Shown here in pieces: positions 35,111 through 45,682 of a DNA stretch of 64,000 bases. How positions within the stretch are numbered: position 1 is the stretch's first letter; every line of letters starts with the position of its first letter. The position numbers were made by a program, and so were the translations under genes. Location: positions 352,001-416,000 of the forward strand of contig CAVPCR010000005.1 of the NCBI GenBank assembly GCA_963702435.1, given 5' to 3'. Source of the DNA: Candidatus Eiseniibacteriota bacterium. GTDB lineage: Bacteria > Eisenbacteria > RBG-16-71-46 > CAVPCR01. The notes beneath the pieces are model-generated. The model did no database searches and was not told the origin of the DNA. It saw nothing but the letters and a program-made list of their open reading frames with translations.

Positions 35111-37461
35111 TCAGCGGAGGAGTAGCAGCCGCCGCTCCGCCACCTCGCCGCCGGCCTCGAGGCGATAGAGGTACACGCCGCTCGGGAGCGGCTCCGCCCC
35201 GCTCGCGCGGCCGTCCCACGTGATCTCGTGGCTCCCGGCCGCGAGCGCCCCGTCGACGAGCCGCCGGACGAGCCGCCCGCTGACGTCGTAGATGTCGAGC
35301 TTCGCGCTCCCCGCCGCGGGCAGGTCGAAGCGCAGCCGCGTGCTGCCGGTGAACGGGTTCGGCGCGTTCTGGGCGAGGGTGAGGCGCACCGCGGGCGCCT
35401 CCCCCGGCAGGACCGCGGTGGTCGAGCCCTGCACGGTCAGCACCGCGATGCCGCGGCTCGCGCAGCTCATCCACAGCTCGTAACCGCTCGGGATTACTTT
35501 CACGTTGAGGTCCAGGATAATCCCGCCGGGCAGGCCGCCCCACTGCCACTGACCATTGGGCGGCGCGGGGAAGGTCCCCACCTGCACTCCATCCCACCAG
35601 AGCAGCCCGGCGACGGTCGACGGGTAGTTGCTCTCATAGACCATCCACACCCGACCGTCCGGGGTGACCGCCTGGGGGTAGACGAAGTCCCCGGGGAACG
35701 GCCAGCTGGGACCGGTTTGCCACGACTGGTAGCTCCCGGTGTTCGCATCCACCCGGAGGAGCGCCGATCCCGTGGCAGTGGCAGCCCCCACCCAGGCAAC
35801 CCCGTTGCGGTCAGCCGCCAGTCCCGAGAAGTGGAGGAGCGAGAGTTCCGGGAAGTCTCCGGTCTCGCGGCTGAAGCCGTAGGTTCCTGCGTCCGTGCGG
35901 AGGATGTTCCAGCCCTGATTCGCCCAGATCGTCCCCGGGCGATCGGGATCCGGCTGAACCGGACTCCACCAGTCCCCTCCGGTGCCCACGGCAACGAAGT
36001 TGCCGTTCTCGAAGTACCCGAGGCCACCGTAGTGACCCGTGCCCCAGAGCCGGCCGAATGAGTCCTCCGCATACCGGTGCATCTGATCCCATCCGCCGGG
36101 GAGCTGGGTCCACGAGGTCCCGTCGAACTCGTGGGTGAAGGCGCTGATACGGGTTGACGACGACGTGACCGTTCGCCCGGACGTAGATGGCCTCGCTCTG
36201 GTCCGCCTGAAAGGGCCAGGGTCCCGTCAGACCGTACCCGAGGTCGGTGACGAAGCCGGTCCACCGCGTACCGTCGAACTTGACCATGCCCCCGATGCCC
36301 GGCGCGGCGTTGGCCGTCGCGTAGACGTCACCCGTGATGGGATCGATGGCCAGGTCGTTGTTGAAGAGATCGAACTGGCTGGTATTGGTGATGCGGTAGC
36401 GCTGCCAGTAGCCGGTCGCCGCGTCACGCCGGAGCGCCCCGCCCGTTCCCGTGCCGCAGAGCCAGACGGTTCCGTCGGAGGCGATGTCGAGGTCGTCGAT
36501 GAAGTAATCGTGGGGCACCAGTCCAAGGTCGGTCCATGAGGTCCCGTTGAACCGATAGAGATGCCCGTAGCCGTTCACCATGAGCGCCTGCATGGTGCCA
36601 AACGCCCGCAGGGCGGCGACCCCGACTTGCGGGTGCATCGGCGGCAGCGGCGGCGTGACCCAGGTGCCGTCCGGACGAAGGCAGTCCAGCGTCTCCTCCC
36701 CCTGGATCCCGATCCATCGCTGCATCCAGGCGTTCCCCTCGTCATCGACCGAGTCTTTGGAAACCAGGTGGGACGGATTGCTCGCGGTGGCGGGGTAGCT
36801 GGTCCAGGTCTGGGTCGTTGAGTCCCATCGCTCCATCGGCGAGAACCCTTCGCCGGAAGCCCACAGGTAGTATCCTCCCCCCGGCTTTGGTTGGGCCGCG
36901 ATCTTCAGTCCGCCGTGCCCGTTGATGTGCGACCACTGGTTGGTGGCTGGGTTGTAGCGCGTAGAGCCCCCCATCCCCGGAGATCCAGATTGTGCCGTCG
37001 GGAGCACGCGTGAGATCCGAAGTCACCCCACCCGGCAGCGCGGAGTTCTCGGGACCGAACCTCACGAGCGAGCTCGGCCCGGCCGCCAGGTTCATTCTCA
37101 ACGCTCCGCGCCAGGTGCCGATCCACAGGTTCCCGAGCCCGTCCGCCACCATGTCCGTTGCGCGGCAGTATCCAAGATCGTTGGCGCTCCCGATCACCTG
37201 GTAGTCGATGTTGGATACGTTGATCCACCGGTTCTCGGCTTGAACGAACCTGGCGATGCCGCCCTCTTCGGCGATCGGATCGTAACCTCCGATCCATGGG
37301 TCGCCGTCCGCCCCGATCCAGATCGTCTCGTTGTAGTCACCCTGGATGCCCGTGTTGCCGGGGCGGTAGTAGCGCCAGGAGTTGGTCTCCTGAGCCCCCG
37401 CGAAGCCGACCTCAAGCCCCGCCACCGCCGCCAACGCGAGTAGTGCGTGTGTGATTCTCAT
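35111..37461 (-). CDS. Secreted beta-propeller protein with FlgD-like C-terminal domain, paralog of 27328-29747; indels near 36980 and 36145
   Basis: WRYYRPGNTGIQGDY, WQRYRITNTSQ, YELWMSCASRGIAVLTVQ, QNAPNPF...SGVYLYRL. Confidence 0.85.
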
Positions 37462-37522
37462 GGTTCTGCCTCTCAATCCCATGCTCGCAATGCCGTTCCG
37501 TCCCGACGATCCGCTCAAGACC

Positions 37523-39073
37523 TCATCTCCTCTCCTTCGGACTCCGATGGGAACGCTCCGTGACGAGGCGTCCGCCCGAGACGAGCGTCGCGGTGCGGGT
37601 GCCGACACTGGCGCGGTGGGCCGGCAGACTCAGGTTGAAAGTCGACCGGACCGTTCCGCCCCAGAGCTCGTTGTTGCCGAAGTGCAGTGTCACGGCACCG
37701 GCCAGGAGCGCGTCGATCTCCGGCTTGCCGGTCGGACCCGCCGCGCCGGGATTCAGGCCGATGGTGAACCCGGACAGGAGTCCCGGCTCGCCGGCCTCCT
37801 TCGCCAGTCGCTCCCGGAGGACCTCCGCCTCACGCTCCGCATCCAGTTCCACGATGCGACCTCCGCGGAGGACCACACGCACACCCGGAATGTGTCGTCC
37901 CGCCACGAAGGCATAGTCAGCGCGGAAGGCACCGTCGCCCGATCCGGCAGCGGGCAACGCCCCGAAGGTCCCGGCCGGAACCTCTTCCGTCGTCCGACCC
38001 GCACGGAGATCGTCTTCCGAGATGATTCCATCGCTGACCGAGGCATGGGATGGATCGAGCGCGACGCGGAGTTCCATCCCTTCCCCGGTCTGAATCACCA
38101 GGTCAGGCTCCTTCTGGACGAGATGCAGGAGTCGCTCGCCGCGTTCGCGGAGCGTCGCGAGATCTGCCGTCGCGCAGCGCCAGAACGCGTCGATGCCGGC
38201 CTCCGGCGTCACGAATCCCAGCTCGAACTGCCCTCGATGGGGAAGATCGACGTGCGCATAGCGCAGTCCCCGCCTCGGCACCGACTGCTTCCAGTTCGAC
38301 ACGGCACGGAGCAAGCTGGGCAGCAATACCCGTTGCTCCGCGTTCGGCGGCCCCCCCTGCACGACCCCGCTGGTGAGGAGCACCGCCGCCGTCAGGCGTT
38401 CATCGACCGCCGGCGGGACGAGAACGAGGCGATCGAGCGCCTCCGGCGAGTAGCGATCGAGGGTTCGCAGCATGACGTTGCGCGACCACGGGCGCGGATA
38501 GGCGACGGCCCCGGCCGCTTCGGCCTCGACGAGAATCGCCTCTGCGGCCGGCAAGGCGACCGGCGCGAACATAACGAGCAGGTGGTCCCCGGGTCCGATC
38601 CGCAAGCTGCGCTGAACGACGAGTCGGGCCAGATCGCCCCAGTCGACCGCCAGGACCTGCGCTCGTCGCCAGTCGAGGAAAGTTGCCTCGATCGATTGCC
38701 GGAGCGCAGTCGTTGACGACTCCTCAGTTCCGCCCCAACCAGGATCGATCAAGACGTGGCGGGCAGTCGCGCCATAGAGGCGCTCCTCGGTGCGACCCTT
38801 CGGTGCTTCGCCGATCTCTCGCACAAGGCCTGCCTCGATCAGGCGACGCAGGTGGTAGTGGGCACGGTTCGCCGGGATCTTCAGAGCGCGCGCCAGCATC
38901 GATCCGCTCGCCGGCGTCCGGGTCAGGATCCGGATCATCTCGAGGCGCGTGGCATCGGCCAGCGCCCGGACACCCTCGAGCGTCCCGAGTACCTCGAAGT
39001 CCTTCGCCGGCCTCGTGGGTGAGCCAGGTTGACCGGCGGCCTCTGATCGGTTCCTTGTCTCTGCTTTCAACAA
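37523..39073 (-). CDS. ArsR-type HTH fused to M29 aminopeptidase-like domain
   Basis: ALADATRLEMIRIL...LARAL...HYHLRRLIEAGLV; LARLVVQRSLRIGPGD, FTIGLNP, HFGNN..WGG. Confidence 0.75.
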   Translation of the reverse strand: MLKAETRNRSEAAGQPGSPTRPAKDFEVLGTLEGVRALADATRLEMIRILTRTPASGSMLARALKIPANRAHYHLRRLIEAGLVREIGEAPKGRTEERLYGATARHVLIDPGWGGTEESSTTALRQSIEATFLDWRRAQVLAVDWGDLARLVVQRSLRIGPGDHLLVMFAPVALPAAEAILVEAEAAGAVAYPRPWSRNVMLRTLDRYSPEALDRLVLVPPAVDERLTAAVLLTSGVVQGGPPNAEQRVLLPSLLRAVSNWKQSVPRRGLRYAHVDLPHRGQFELGFVTPEAGIDAFWRCATADLATLRERGERLLHLVQKEPDLVIQTGEGMELRVALDPSHASVSDGIISEDDLRAGRTTEEVPAGTFGALPAAGSGDGAFRADYAFVAGRHIPGVRVVLRGGRIVELDAEREAEVLRERLAKEAGEPGLLSGFTIGLNPGAAGPTGKPEIDALLAGAVTLHFGNNELWGGTVRSTFNLSLPAHRASVGTRTATLVSGGRLVTERSHRSPKERR

Positions 39074-39259
39074 ATACTGAAACCAGGGTTATTAGAAACG
39101 GGTGGCCTGCCGCGCGAAGGCTTCGGACCACCCAGTCGCTCAGTTGCGAATCTAGACCTGTATAGTAGCCTGGTGTCGTGCAGAAGTCAAGGTGGGTGGT
39201 CCCGCCCCTCCTCGGAACCTGCCCACCCCTTCGGCCATCCCACGCTCCGAGATCAAGCT

Positions 39260-39580
39260 ACTACCCGCCGGGATGCCGCTCCAGAGTGAGCGTGCGGTAG
39301 TCCTGCCAGTGGTGGTCGAAAGGCCCGCCGTTCTGGAAGCCGAAGTCCACGGCCCAGAAGTCGATGAAGGCGAGACCGCTCTTGACCGCGCGCTCCCGGA
39401 TGGCCCTGAGCTCCTTGGAGAGCACCTCGGCCGGTTAAGGGAAGCGCGCGAGCTTGATGTCGACCGCGGGTTTCCCATCGTGCTTGTGGAGGACAGGCTT
39501 GGCCTCCAAGGTCGCGACCTCGAGGAGTGGCGGACTGAAGACTGGTCAGACTCCCCCATGGAGGCGGGATGGGGCGACCT
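39260..39580 (-). pseudogene. Remnant of the C-terminus of a site-specific DNA methyltransferase
   Basis: Manual translation LEVATLEAKP...VDIKLARFP*PAEV.SKELRAIRERAVKSGLAFIDFWAVDF...PFDHHWQDYRT with in-frame TAA. Confidence 0.6.
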
Positions 39581-39582
39581 GA

Positions 39583-41193
39583 TCATGCGGAGGAACAGCC
39601 GAGCCGCCGCGCGAGGTGGTGCAGGTTGCTCCGGTGGAGACCGAGGTCCCGCGCCGCCGCGGCCCAGTTGCCGCCGTTCCGTTCGACCGCCGCGCGGATA
39701 GCCCGGCGCTCGAACTCCTCGACGCGCTCGCGCAGCGGGCCCCGATCGGCTGGATCGAAGCGGTCGCCGTCCGCGGAGGCGAGCACCACCTCCTCCGCTC
39801 CGGCCGCCCCGCCGCCCGGGCCGGCGCTGGCGCCGAGATCGAGGAACTCGACGCCGATGCGGAGCGGCATGCGGCGGCCCCCGGCGTCCATGCTCGAGCT
39901 TGCAGCCGCCGCCCCTGTCGCGGCCGTGGCCCGGAGCGCCGCCCGGCTCACGACGTTGTCGAGCTCGCGCACGTTGCCGGGCCAGTCCGCTCTCGCGAGC
40001 AACACCTTGGCCTCCTCGGTCAGCCGCAGCGGGCCGATGCCGAGCCGCCGGCGCGACCGATCGAGGAAGTGGGCCGCGAGGAGCGGAATGTCCTCGCGGC
40101 GCTCGCGGAGCGCGGGGACGCGGATCGGATAGACGGCCAGCCGGTGGTAGAGGTCCGCACGGAAGCGGCCCGCCGCCACCTCCTTCTCCAGATCGCGATT
40201 GGTGACGGCGATCACGCGCACGTCGACATGATGCAGGCGATCGGACCCTACCCGCTGGATCTCGCCCTCCTGGAGCGCGCGGAGCAGCTTCGGCTGCAGC
40301 GAGAGCGGCAGCTCCCCGATCTCGTCCAGGAGGAGCGTGCCGCCGGCGGCGATCTCGAACTTCCCGGCGCGATCGCGGATGGCGCCGGTGAACGCGCCGG
40401 CCACATGGCCGAACAGCTCGCTCTCGGCCACCGATTCGGGCAGCGCGGCGCAGTTCACATGGATGAGCGCTTCCTCGCGCCGGGACGAGCCGGCGTGAAT
40501 CCGGCGGGCAACGAGCTCCTTGCCGGCGCCCGTCTCTCCGGTGATGAGCACGGGAAGATCGGAACGCGCGACGAGGTCGGTGTTCTCGAGGAGGCGCCGC
40601 ATCACCGGGGATTGCCCGAGGATCTCGCCGCCGCTCGACTGCGCTGCGGCCTGCTGCAACTCGCGGGCGATCGCTCCGCGCCGGGCGGCGGTCTTCTCGA
40701 GCTCCTCGATGAGGGTCGTCGTCCGCATCGCCGCCCCGGCCAGGGCGCCGAACGCGACGAGAAAGCGGTCATCGAGGTGGTCGAACGCGTGGGGCTCGAG
40801 CGCATCGGCGGTGAGCGCGCCGATCACCTCGCCGCCTTCGATGAGCGCGCAACCCAGGCAAGCATGGATGTGACCGAGCGCGCCCGGATCGGACAGCAGC
40901 ATGCCGTCGAACGGGTCGGGTAGATCGCTGTCGGGCGGGAACCGCACCGGCCCCGTCGATCGGATGATGATGTCGAGACGCGGATGGTTCTGCCGCTTGT
41001 AGCGGCGAACGCGCGCCTCCTCCGCGAGGCCGCTCGCCGCGAGCGGGACGAGCTCGTCGCCCTCGAGCCGCAGGAGGCAGGCCGCATCCGCCGGGATCGC
41101 GCGCTGCATGGCCGCGAGCAACCGCTCGTAACGGTCGCGCGAGGCGAGCGAGGCCGTGAGATCCCGCGCGATGTCCATGAAGGCCTGGATCAT
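39583..41193 (-). CDS. norR: NO-responsive sigma54 activator NorR
   Basis: GAF with HPRL, LPDPFDG, HACLGC; GETGAGKE, ESELFGHVAGAFTGA; HTH GNWAAAARDLG; divergent from ric-nor. Confidence 0.92.
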   Translation of the reverse strand: MIQAFMDIARDLTASLASRDRYERLLAAMQRAIPADAACLLRLEGDELVPLAASGLAEEARVRRYKRQNHPRLDIIIRSTGPVRFPPDSDLPDPFDGMLLSDPGALGHIHACLGCALIEGGEVIGALTADALEPHAFDHLDDRFLVAFGALAGAAMRTTTLIEELEKTAARRGAIARELQQAAAQSSGGEILGQSPVMRRLLENTDLVARSDLPVLITGETGAGKELVARRIHAGSSRREEALIHVNCAALPESVAESELFGHVAGAFTGAIRDRAGKFEIAAGGTLLLDEIGELPLSLQPKLLRALQEGEIQRVGSDRLHHVDVRVIAVTNRDLEKEVAAGRFRADLYHRLAVYPIRVPALRERREDIPLLAAHFLDRSRRRLGIGPLRLTEEAKVLLARADWPGNVRELDNVVSRAALRATAATGAAAASSSMDAGGRRMPLRIGVEFLDLGASAGPGGGAAGAEEVVLASADGDRFDPADRGPLRERVEEFERRAIRAAVERNGGNWAAAARDLGLHRSNLHHLARRLGCSSA

Positions 41194-41207
41194 CTCCCTG
41201 GGCGGGC

Positions 41208-41269
41208 GTTGTTGATTCGTCAACTGCGTTGTCCTTTCAATAACTAACAGGCGTTGTCCATACAGTAAC
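41208..41269. promoter_or_regulatory. Three NorR-type operator sites
   Basis: GTTGT-N7-xxAAC at 41208, 41228 and 41253, imperfect versions of GT-N7-AC. Confidence 0.7.
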
Positions 41270-41320
41270 ACACCACGGCCGCCACCGCCTAACTTCAATC
41301 AGCACAACAGAAAGGTCGCC

Positions 41321-41336
41321 TGGCACCCAACCTGCT
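41321..41336 (+). promoter_or_regulatory. Sigma54 -24/-12 promoter
   Basis: TGGCACCCAACCTGCT (GG-N10-GC) upstream of AGGAGG RBS and ric. Confidence 0.85.
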
Positions 41337-41369
41337 CTTGGAGTCCTTTGGAAAGGAGGTCCAAGCCTG

Positions 41370-42047
41370 ATGAGACCACAAGGACACACCGCCCCGAGCG
41401 CGGGGCAGACCCTGGCGGAGCTCGCCACCCGCATCCCGGCCGCCTCGCGGGCCTTCCGCGAGGTCGGGCTCGACTACTGCTGCGGAGGCCAGCGCACCCT
41501 GGCCGCGGCCTGCGTGGAGAAGGGACTCGATGCCGAGGCCCTGCTCGGCAAGCTCGCGGCGGAGCCGCCCGCGGCGGAACCGTCGTGGGAAGAGCAGCCG
41601 ATCGCCGACCTCGTCCGGCACATCCTCGATCGCTATCACGCGCCGCTGCGCGACGAGCTCCGCGACCTGCATCGCATGGCGATGACGGTGGAGGAAAGGC
41701 ACAAGGAGAAGGCGACCTGCCCGCGCGGCCTCGCCGCCCACCTCGCGGCCATTCACGAGGCGGTGCACTCCCACCTCGAGAAGGAGGAACGGATCCTCTT
41801 CCCGATGATCCTCGCCGGCCATGGCGCGCAGGCCGTCGGCCCGATCCAGGTGATGGAGCTCGAGCACGAGGAACACGGCGCGAATCTCGCGCGCACCCGC
41901 GCCCTGACCGACGACTTGACGGCGCCGGCGGAGGCCTGTCCAACCTGGCAGGCGCTCTATCTCAGGCTGCGCGAGCTCGAGGCCGACCTGATGGACCACA
42001 TCCACCTCGAGAATCACGTGCTCTTTCCGCGCGTGCTCTGCGCATAA
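41370..42047 (+). CDS. ric: Iron-sulfur cluster repair di-iron protein (Ric/YtfE)
   Basis: DYCCGG, HILDRYH, HLEKEERILFP, HIHLENHVLFP. Confidence 0.95.
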   Translation: MRPQGHTAPSAGQTLAELATRIPAASRAFREVGLDYCCGGQRTLAAACVEKGLDAEALLGKLAAEPPAAEPSWEEQPIADLVRHILDRYHAPLRDELRDLHRMAMTVEERHKEKATCPRGLAAHLAAIHEAVHSHLEKEERILFPMILAGHGAQAVGPIQVMELEHEEHGANLARTRALTDDLTAPAEACPTWQALYLRLRELEADLMDHIHLENHVLFPRVLCA

Positions 42048-42057
42048 GGAGGGAACG

Positions 42058-44370
42058 ATGGGTTCGCATCGACGCTTCTGGTGGCTCCTCGGCGGCACGC
42101 TCCTCGTCGCCTTCACCTTGCTCGGGTTCTTCGGCCGCGAGGTCTACCGGCAGGCGCCGCCGATCCCCGATCGCGTGGTCTCAGCGGACGGGACCGTGCT
42201 CATGACGCGCGACCAGATCCTCGACGGACAGCAGGTCTGGCAGTCGATCGGCGGTCAGGAGCTCGGGTCGATCTGGGGGCATGGCGCCTACCAGGCCCCG
42301 GACTGGTCGGCTGACTGGTTGCATCGCGAGTCGCTGGCGCTCCTCGCGGTGTGGGCGGAGAGCGAACACGGGAAGCCGGTCGAGCTCCTGTCTGCGAGCG
42401 AGCGGGCGGCCCTCGAGGCGCGGCTCGTGCCCGCCATGCGCACGAACACCTACGTGCCGGCGAGCGGCACGTTGACCGTCTCGAACGAGCGCCGCGAGGC
42501 GATCGCGCGCACGCAGGCGCACTATCGAGCGCTGTTCGGCGGTGATCCGTCCCTCTCCGCGCTGCGCGAGAGCTACGCGATGCAGGAGACGACGCTCCGG
42601 GATCCGGAACGCCTCGATGCTCTCACCCGATTCTTCTTCTGGACGAGCTGGGCCGCGGCGACCGAGCGCCCGGGCTCGACCGTCACCTACACGAACAACT
42701 GGCCGCACGAGCCGCTCATCGCCAACCGGCCGACCGCGGCCAACATCCTGTGGTCGATCGCGAGCGTGGTGCTCCTGCTCGCCGGGATCGGCGCTCTCGT
42801 CTGGTGGCGCGCCTTCCGGAGCCGGCCGGAGGAGACGGCGACCCCGCCCGTCCGCGATCCCCTGGCCGGTCTCGCCGCCACTCCCTCGATGAAGGCGGTC
42901 GCCAAGTATCTCGGCGTGGTCGCGGCCCTCTTCGGAGTGCAGGTGCTCCTCGGCGCTCTCACCGCTCACTACACGGTCGAGGGCCGGTCCTTCTTCGGGC
43001 TTCCGATCGGGGACTGGATCCCGTATTCGCTCAGTCGCACCTGGCACATTCAAACCGGCGTCTTCTGGATCGCGACGGCCTTCCTCGGAGCCGGGCTCTT
43101 TCTCGCCCCGGCGGTGGGCGGCCGCGAGCCGCGCTTCCAGCGCGCGGGGGTGAACGTGCTCTTCGCGGCGCTCCTCCTCGTGGTGAGCGGATCGCTCGCG
43201 GGCGAGTTCCTCTCGATCCACCAGAAGCTGGGGCTCGGCGCGGGATTCTGGTTCGGCCACCAGGGGTACGAGTACGTCGACCTCGGCCGCGCCTGGCAGA
43301 TCGCCCTCTTCGTCGGCCTCCTGCTCTGGCTCGGGTTGATGCTGCGCGGGCTCGCCCCGGCCCTCCGCCGGCGCGACGAATCGCAGTCCGTCGTCCTCAT
43401 GTTCGCCGGTGCGGCGACGGCCATCGGCCTCATGTACGGCGCCGGGTTCCTCTTCGGCGCGCGCACGCACCTCTCGGTCATGGAGTACTGGCGCTGGTGG
43501 GTCGTCCACCTCTGGGTCGAGGGATTCTTCGAGGTCTTCGCGACCGCGGCGCTCGCCTTCGTCTTCGCCCGGATGGGCCTCGTCAAGCCGGCCCATGCCG
43601 GCGCCGCCACCATCGCCTCGAGCGCGCTCTTCCTGATCGGCGGCATCCCGGGGACCTTCCATCACCTCTACTTCTCGGGCACCCCGACCTCGATCATGGC
43701 GATCGGCGCCACATTCAGCGCGCTCGAGGTGGTGCCGCTCGTGCTGATCGGCATCGAGGCCTTCCAGACCGCGCGCATGCAGCGGGCTGCCGCCTGGATG
43801 CGCCGGTACCGGTGGCCCATCCGCTTCTTCCTCGGTGTGGCGTTCTGGAACCTGGTCGGGGCGGGGCTCTTCGGATTCCTCATCAACCCGCCGATCGCGC
43901 TCTACTACATGCAGGGACTCAACACGACGCCGGTGCACGGTCACACGGCGCTCTTCGGAGTGTACGGGCTCCTTGCCCTCGGTCTCGTCCTGCTCGTGGC
44001 CCGGCTCCTCGGCGGGGAGCGGAAGTGGCGCGAGGCGCCGCTCGCCTGGAGCTTCTGGGCGATGAACGTCGGGCTCGCGCTCATGGTCGGGCTGAGCCTC
44101 CTGCCGATCGGCCTGGCGCAGGCGGCAGCGAGCATCGAGCGCGGCCTCTGGTACGCGCGGAGCGCCGACTTCCTCCAGCAACCGTGGGTGGAGACGCTGC
44201 GCTGGCTCAGGCTCATCGGAGACACCATCTTCATCCTCGGCGCCTTCGGGTTCATCGGCTTCCTCCTCGGGCTCAGGACCGGCTGGAGCTACGAGCCCGC
44301 GGTCGCAACGGTGAAGGAAGAGGCCGCGGCCAAGAGCCGCCGGCCCGCGCCCGTCCCGGCGACGGCATAG
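42058..44370 (+). CDS. norB: Quinol-dependent nitric oxide reductase (qNor)
   Basis: GSIWGHGAYQAPDWSADWLH, YTNNWP, WWVVHLWVEGFFEVF, GTFHHLY, HGHTALFGVYG; 770 aa. Confidence 0.97.
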   Translation: MGSHRRFWWLLGGTLLVAFTLLGFFGREVYRQAPPIPDRVVSADGTVLMTRDQILDGQQVWQSIGGQELGSIWGHGAYQAPDWSADWLHRESLALLAVWAESEHGKPVELLSASERAALEARLVPAMRTNTYVPASGTLTVSNERREAIARTQAHYRALFGGDPSLSALRESYAMQETTLRDPERLDALTRFFFWTSWAAATERPGSTVTYTNNWPHEPLIANRPTAANILWSIASVVLLLAGIGALVWWRAFRSRPEETATPPVRDPLAGLAATPSMKAVAKYLGVVAALFGVQVLLGALTAHYTVEGRSFFGLPIGDWIPYSLSRTWHIQTGVFWIATAFLGAGLFLAPAVGGREPRFQRAGVNVLFAALLLVVSGSLAGEFLSIHQKLGLGAGFWFGHQGYEYVDLGRAWQIALFVGLLLWLGLMLRGLAPALRRRDESQSVVLMFAGAATAIGLMYGAGFLFGARTHLSVMEYWRWWVVHLWVEGFFEVFATAALAFVFARMGLVKPAHAGAATIASSALFLIGGIPGTFHHLYFSGTPTSIMAIGATFSALEVVPLVLIGIEAFQTARMQRAAAWMRRYRWPIRFFLGVAFWNLVGAGLFGFLINPPIALYYMQGLNTTPVHGHTALFGVYGLLALGLVLLVARLLGGERKWREAPLAWSFWAMNVGLALMVGLSLLPIGLAQAAASIERGLWYARSADFLQQPWVETLRWLRLIGDTIFILGAFGFIGFLLGLRTGWSYEPAVATVKEEAAAKSRRPAPVPATA

Positions 44371-44391
44371 ACGGGGGAGCCCAGACACACA

Positions 44392-44436
44392 GCGCCGGTG
44401 CCGCCGCTTCCATGGGGGAGGCGGCGGCGCCGGCGC
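44392..44436 (+). terminator. 20-bp GC hairpin after norB (no U-tract)
   Basis: gcgccggtgccgccgcttcc / ggaggcggcggcgccggcgc inverted repeat with G-U pairs. Confidence 0.45.
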
Positions 44437-44530
44437 CGGCGATCTTCCGCCGTGTGCCTCCCGGCGCGTATACTCGTAGCTGCAATCTCGCGTCCCGGGT
44501 CAATCACGCCGTCGATCGTGGAGGGGTGCG

Positions 44531-45280
44531 ATGATGACTCGACTTCTGCTGTTGCCGGCCCTGCTATTCGTTGCGGTCGTGGCGGCGGCCACGCCGGCGC
44601 CCGCTTCCGCCACCACGCCCATCCTGTGGGACTTGACCCACGGGGTCTATTTGGGCTACGAACCCGCGAGCCGCTACTCCGATCTCGTATCGAGCCTTGG
44701 CGCCATCGGCTACACCATGGAAACGACGAGCGCGGGCATCGACAACGTCGATCTCCTGTCCTATGCGATTCTCGTCATCGTCGCCGGCAGCTGCCACGAC
44801 ACCCCGTACACGGCCGCTGAGGCGGCCGCGGCCCAGGCCTATGCCGCCTCCGGCGGCAGCATCCTGATCCTGGGCGACAATCGGGGCGTCTGGCCGGAGA
44901 ACCTGAACCCGCTGGCGCAACCTCTCGGCACGACGATCGCGATCGGCGTCATCTCCGAGCCCGACATCGTCGTGGACAATCTGGCCGCGCACCCGATGTT
45001 CGCGGGGGTCACGTCGATCAGGCTCCGCGCCGCCGGGGAGCTGGGCGCCGATACGTCGACGCCGGTGGCCTGGGCGCCGAGCGGGGAGGTCGTCGCGACA
45101 GTCGGCCCGGCTGACCGCGTCGTCGTGCTCGGGGATATGAACCTCTTCGAGAACGTGTATCTCCCTGAATCCGACAACGCGGTCTTTGCCACGAGCCTCT
45201 TCACCTGGCTGCACGAGCCGGCGCCCGTGGAGAACACGACCTGGGGAGCGGTCAAGGCCCTCTGGTCCGCGCGGCGCTGA
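44531..45280 (+). CDS. Secreted protein (GATase-like/DUF4350-like fold) with C-terminal TWGxxKAL motif
   Basis: Signal peptide; ILWDLTHG, GGSILILGDN, VVVLGDMNLF; ends PVENTTWGAVKALW. Confidence 0.7.
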   Translation: MMTRLLLLPALLFVAVVAAATPAPASATTPILWDLTHGVYLGYEPASRYSDLVSSLGAIGYTMETTSAGIDNVDLLSYAILVIVAGSCHDTPYTAAEAAAAQAYAASGGSILILGDNRGVWPENLNPLAQPLGTTIAIGVISEPDIVVDNLAAHPMFAGVTSIRLRAAGELGADTSTPVAWAPSGEVVATVGPADRVVVLGDMNLFENVYLPESDNAVFATSLFTWLHEPAPVENTTWGAVKALWSARR

Positions 45281-45439
45281 CCCCCACACGGCGCCTTGAC
45301 ACCTGATCCGGCCGGCGCGGGTGCGAGCCTCCTGGCCGGGTTCTTGCTTTGTCCCGACGACGTTCGCGTCGTGCGAACACGTGCTGGCCCGACAGGATCA
45401 GACCTTGACACCGCCATCCATGGTGAGCACACTATACAT

Positions 45440-45682
45440 ATGAAACGCACAAATCTTGTGCTTGACGAGCAGCTCCTCGAGGAGACCCTACGGGCCAGCG
45501 GAGAACGGACGTACTCCCGGGCCGTCGAGCGGGCCATGAGCGAGTTCGTGAAGCGGGTGCGCGCCCGCCGGATCCTCGATCTCGCCGGATCGGGGCTCTG
45601 GGAGGGAGACATCTCTCAGGTGCGTGATGACGCCAGGCGTGCGGGGCGTCCGGCACCAGGGCGGCGGCGTGGTCCTCGTTGA
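45440..45682 (+). CDS. vapB: VapB-family antitoxin
   Basis: MKRTNLVLDEQLLEE...LAGSGLWEGD; overlaps PIN gene; TTGACA at 45405. Confidence 0.85.
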   Translation: MKRTNLVLDEQLLEETLRASGERTYSRAVERAMSEFVKRVRARRILDLAGSGLWEGDISQVRDDARRAGRPAPGRRRGPR

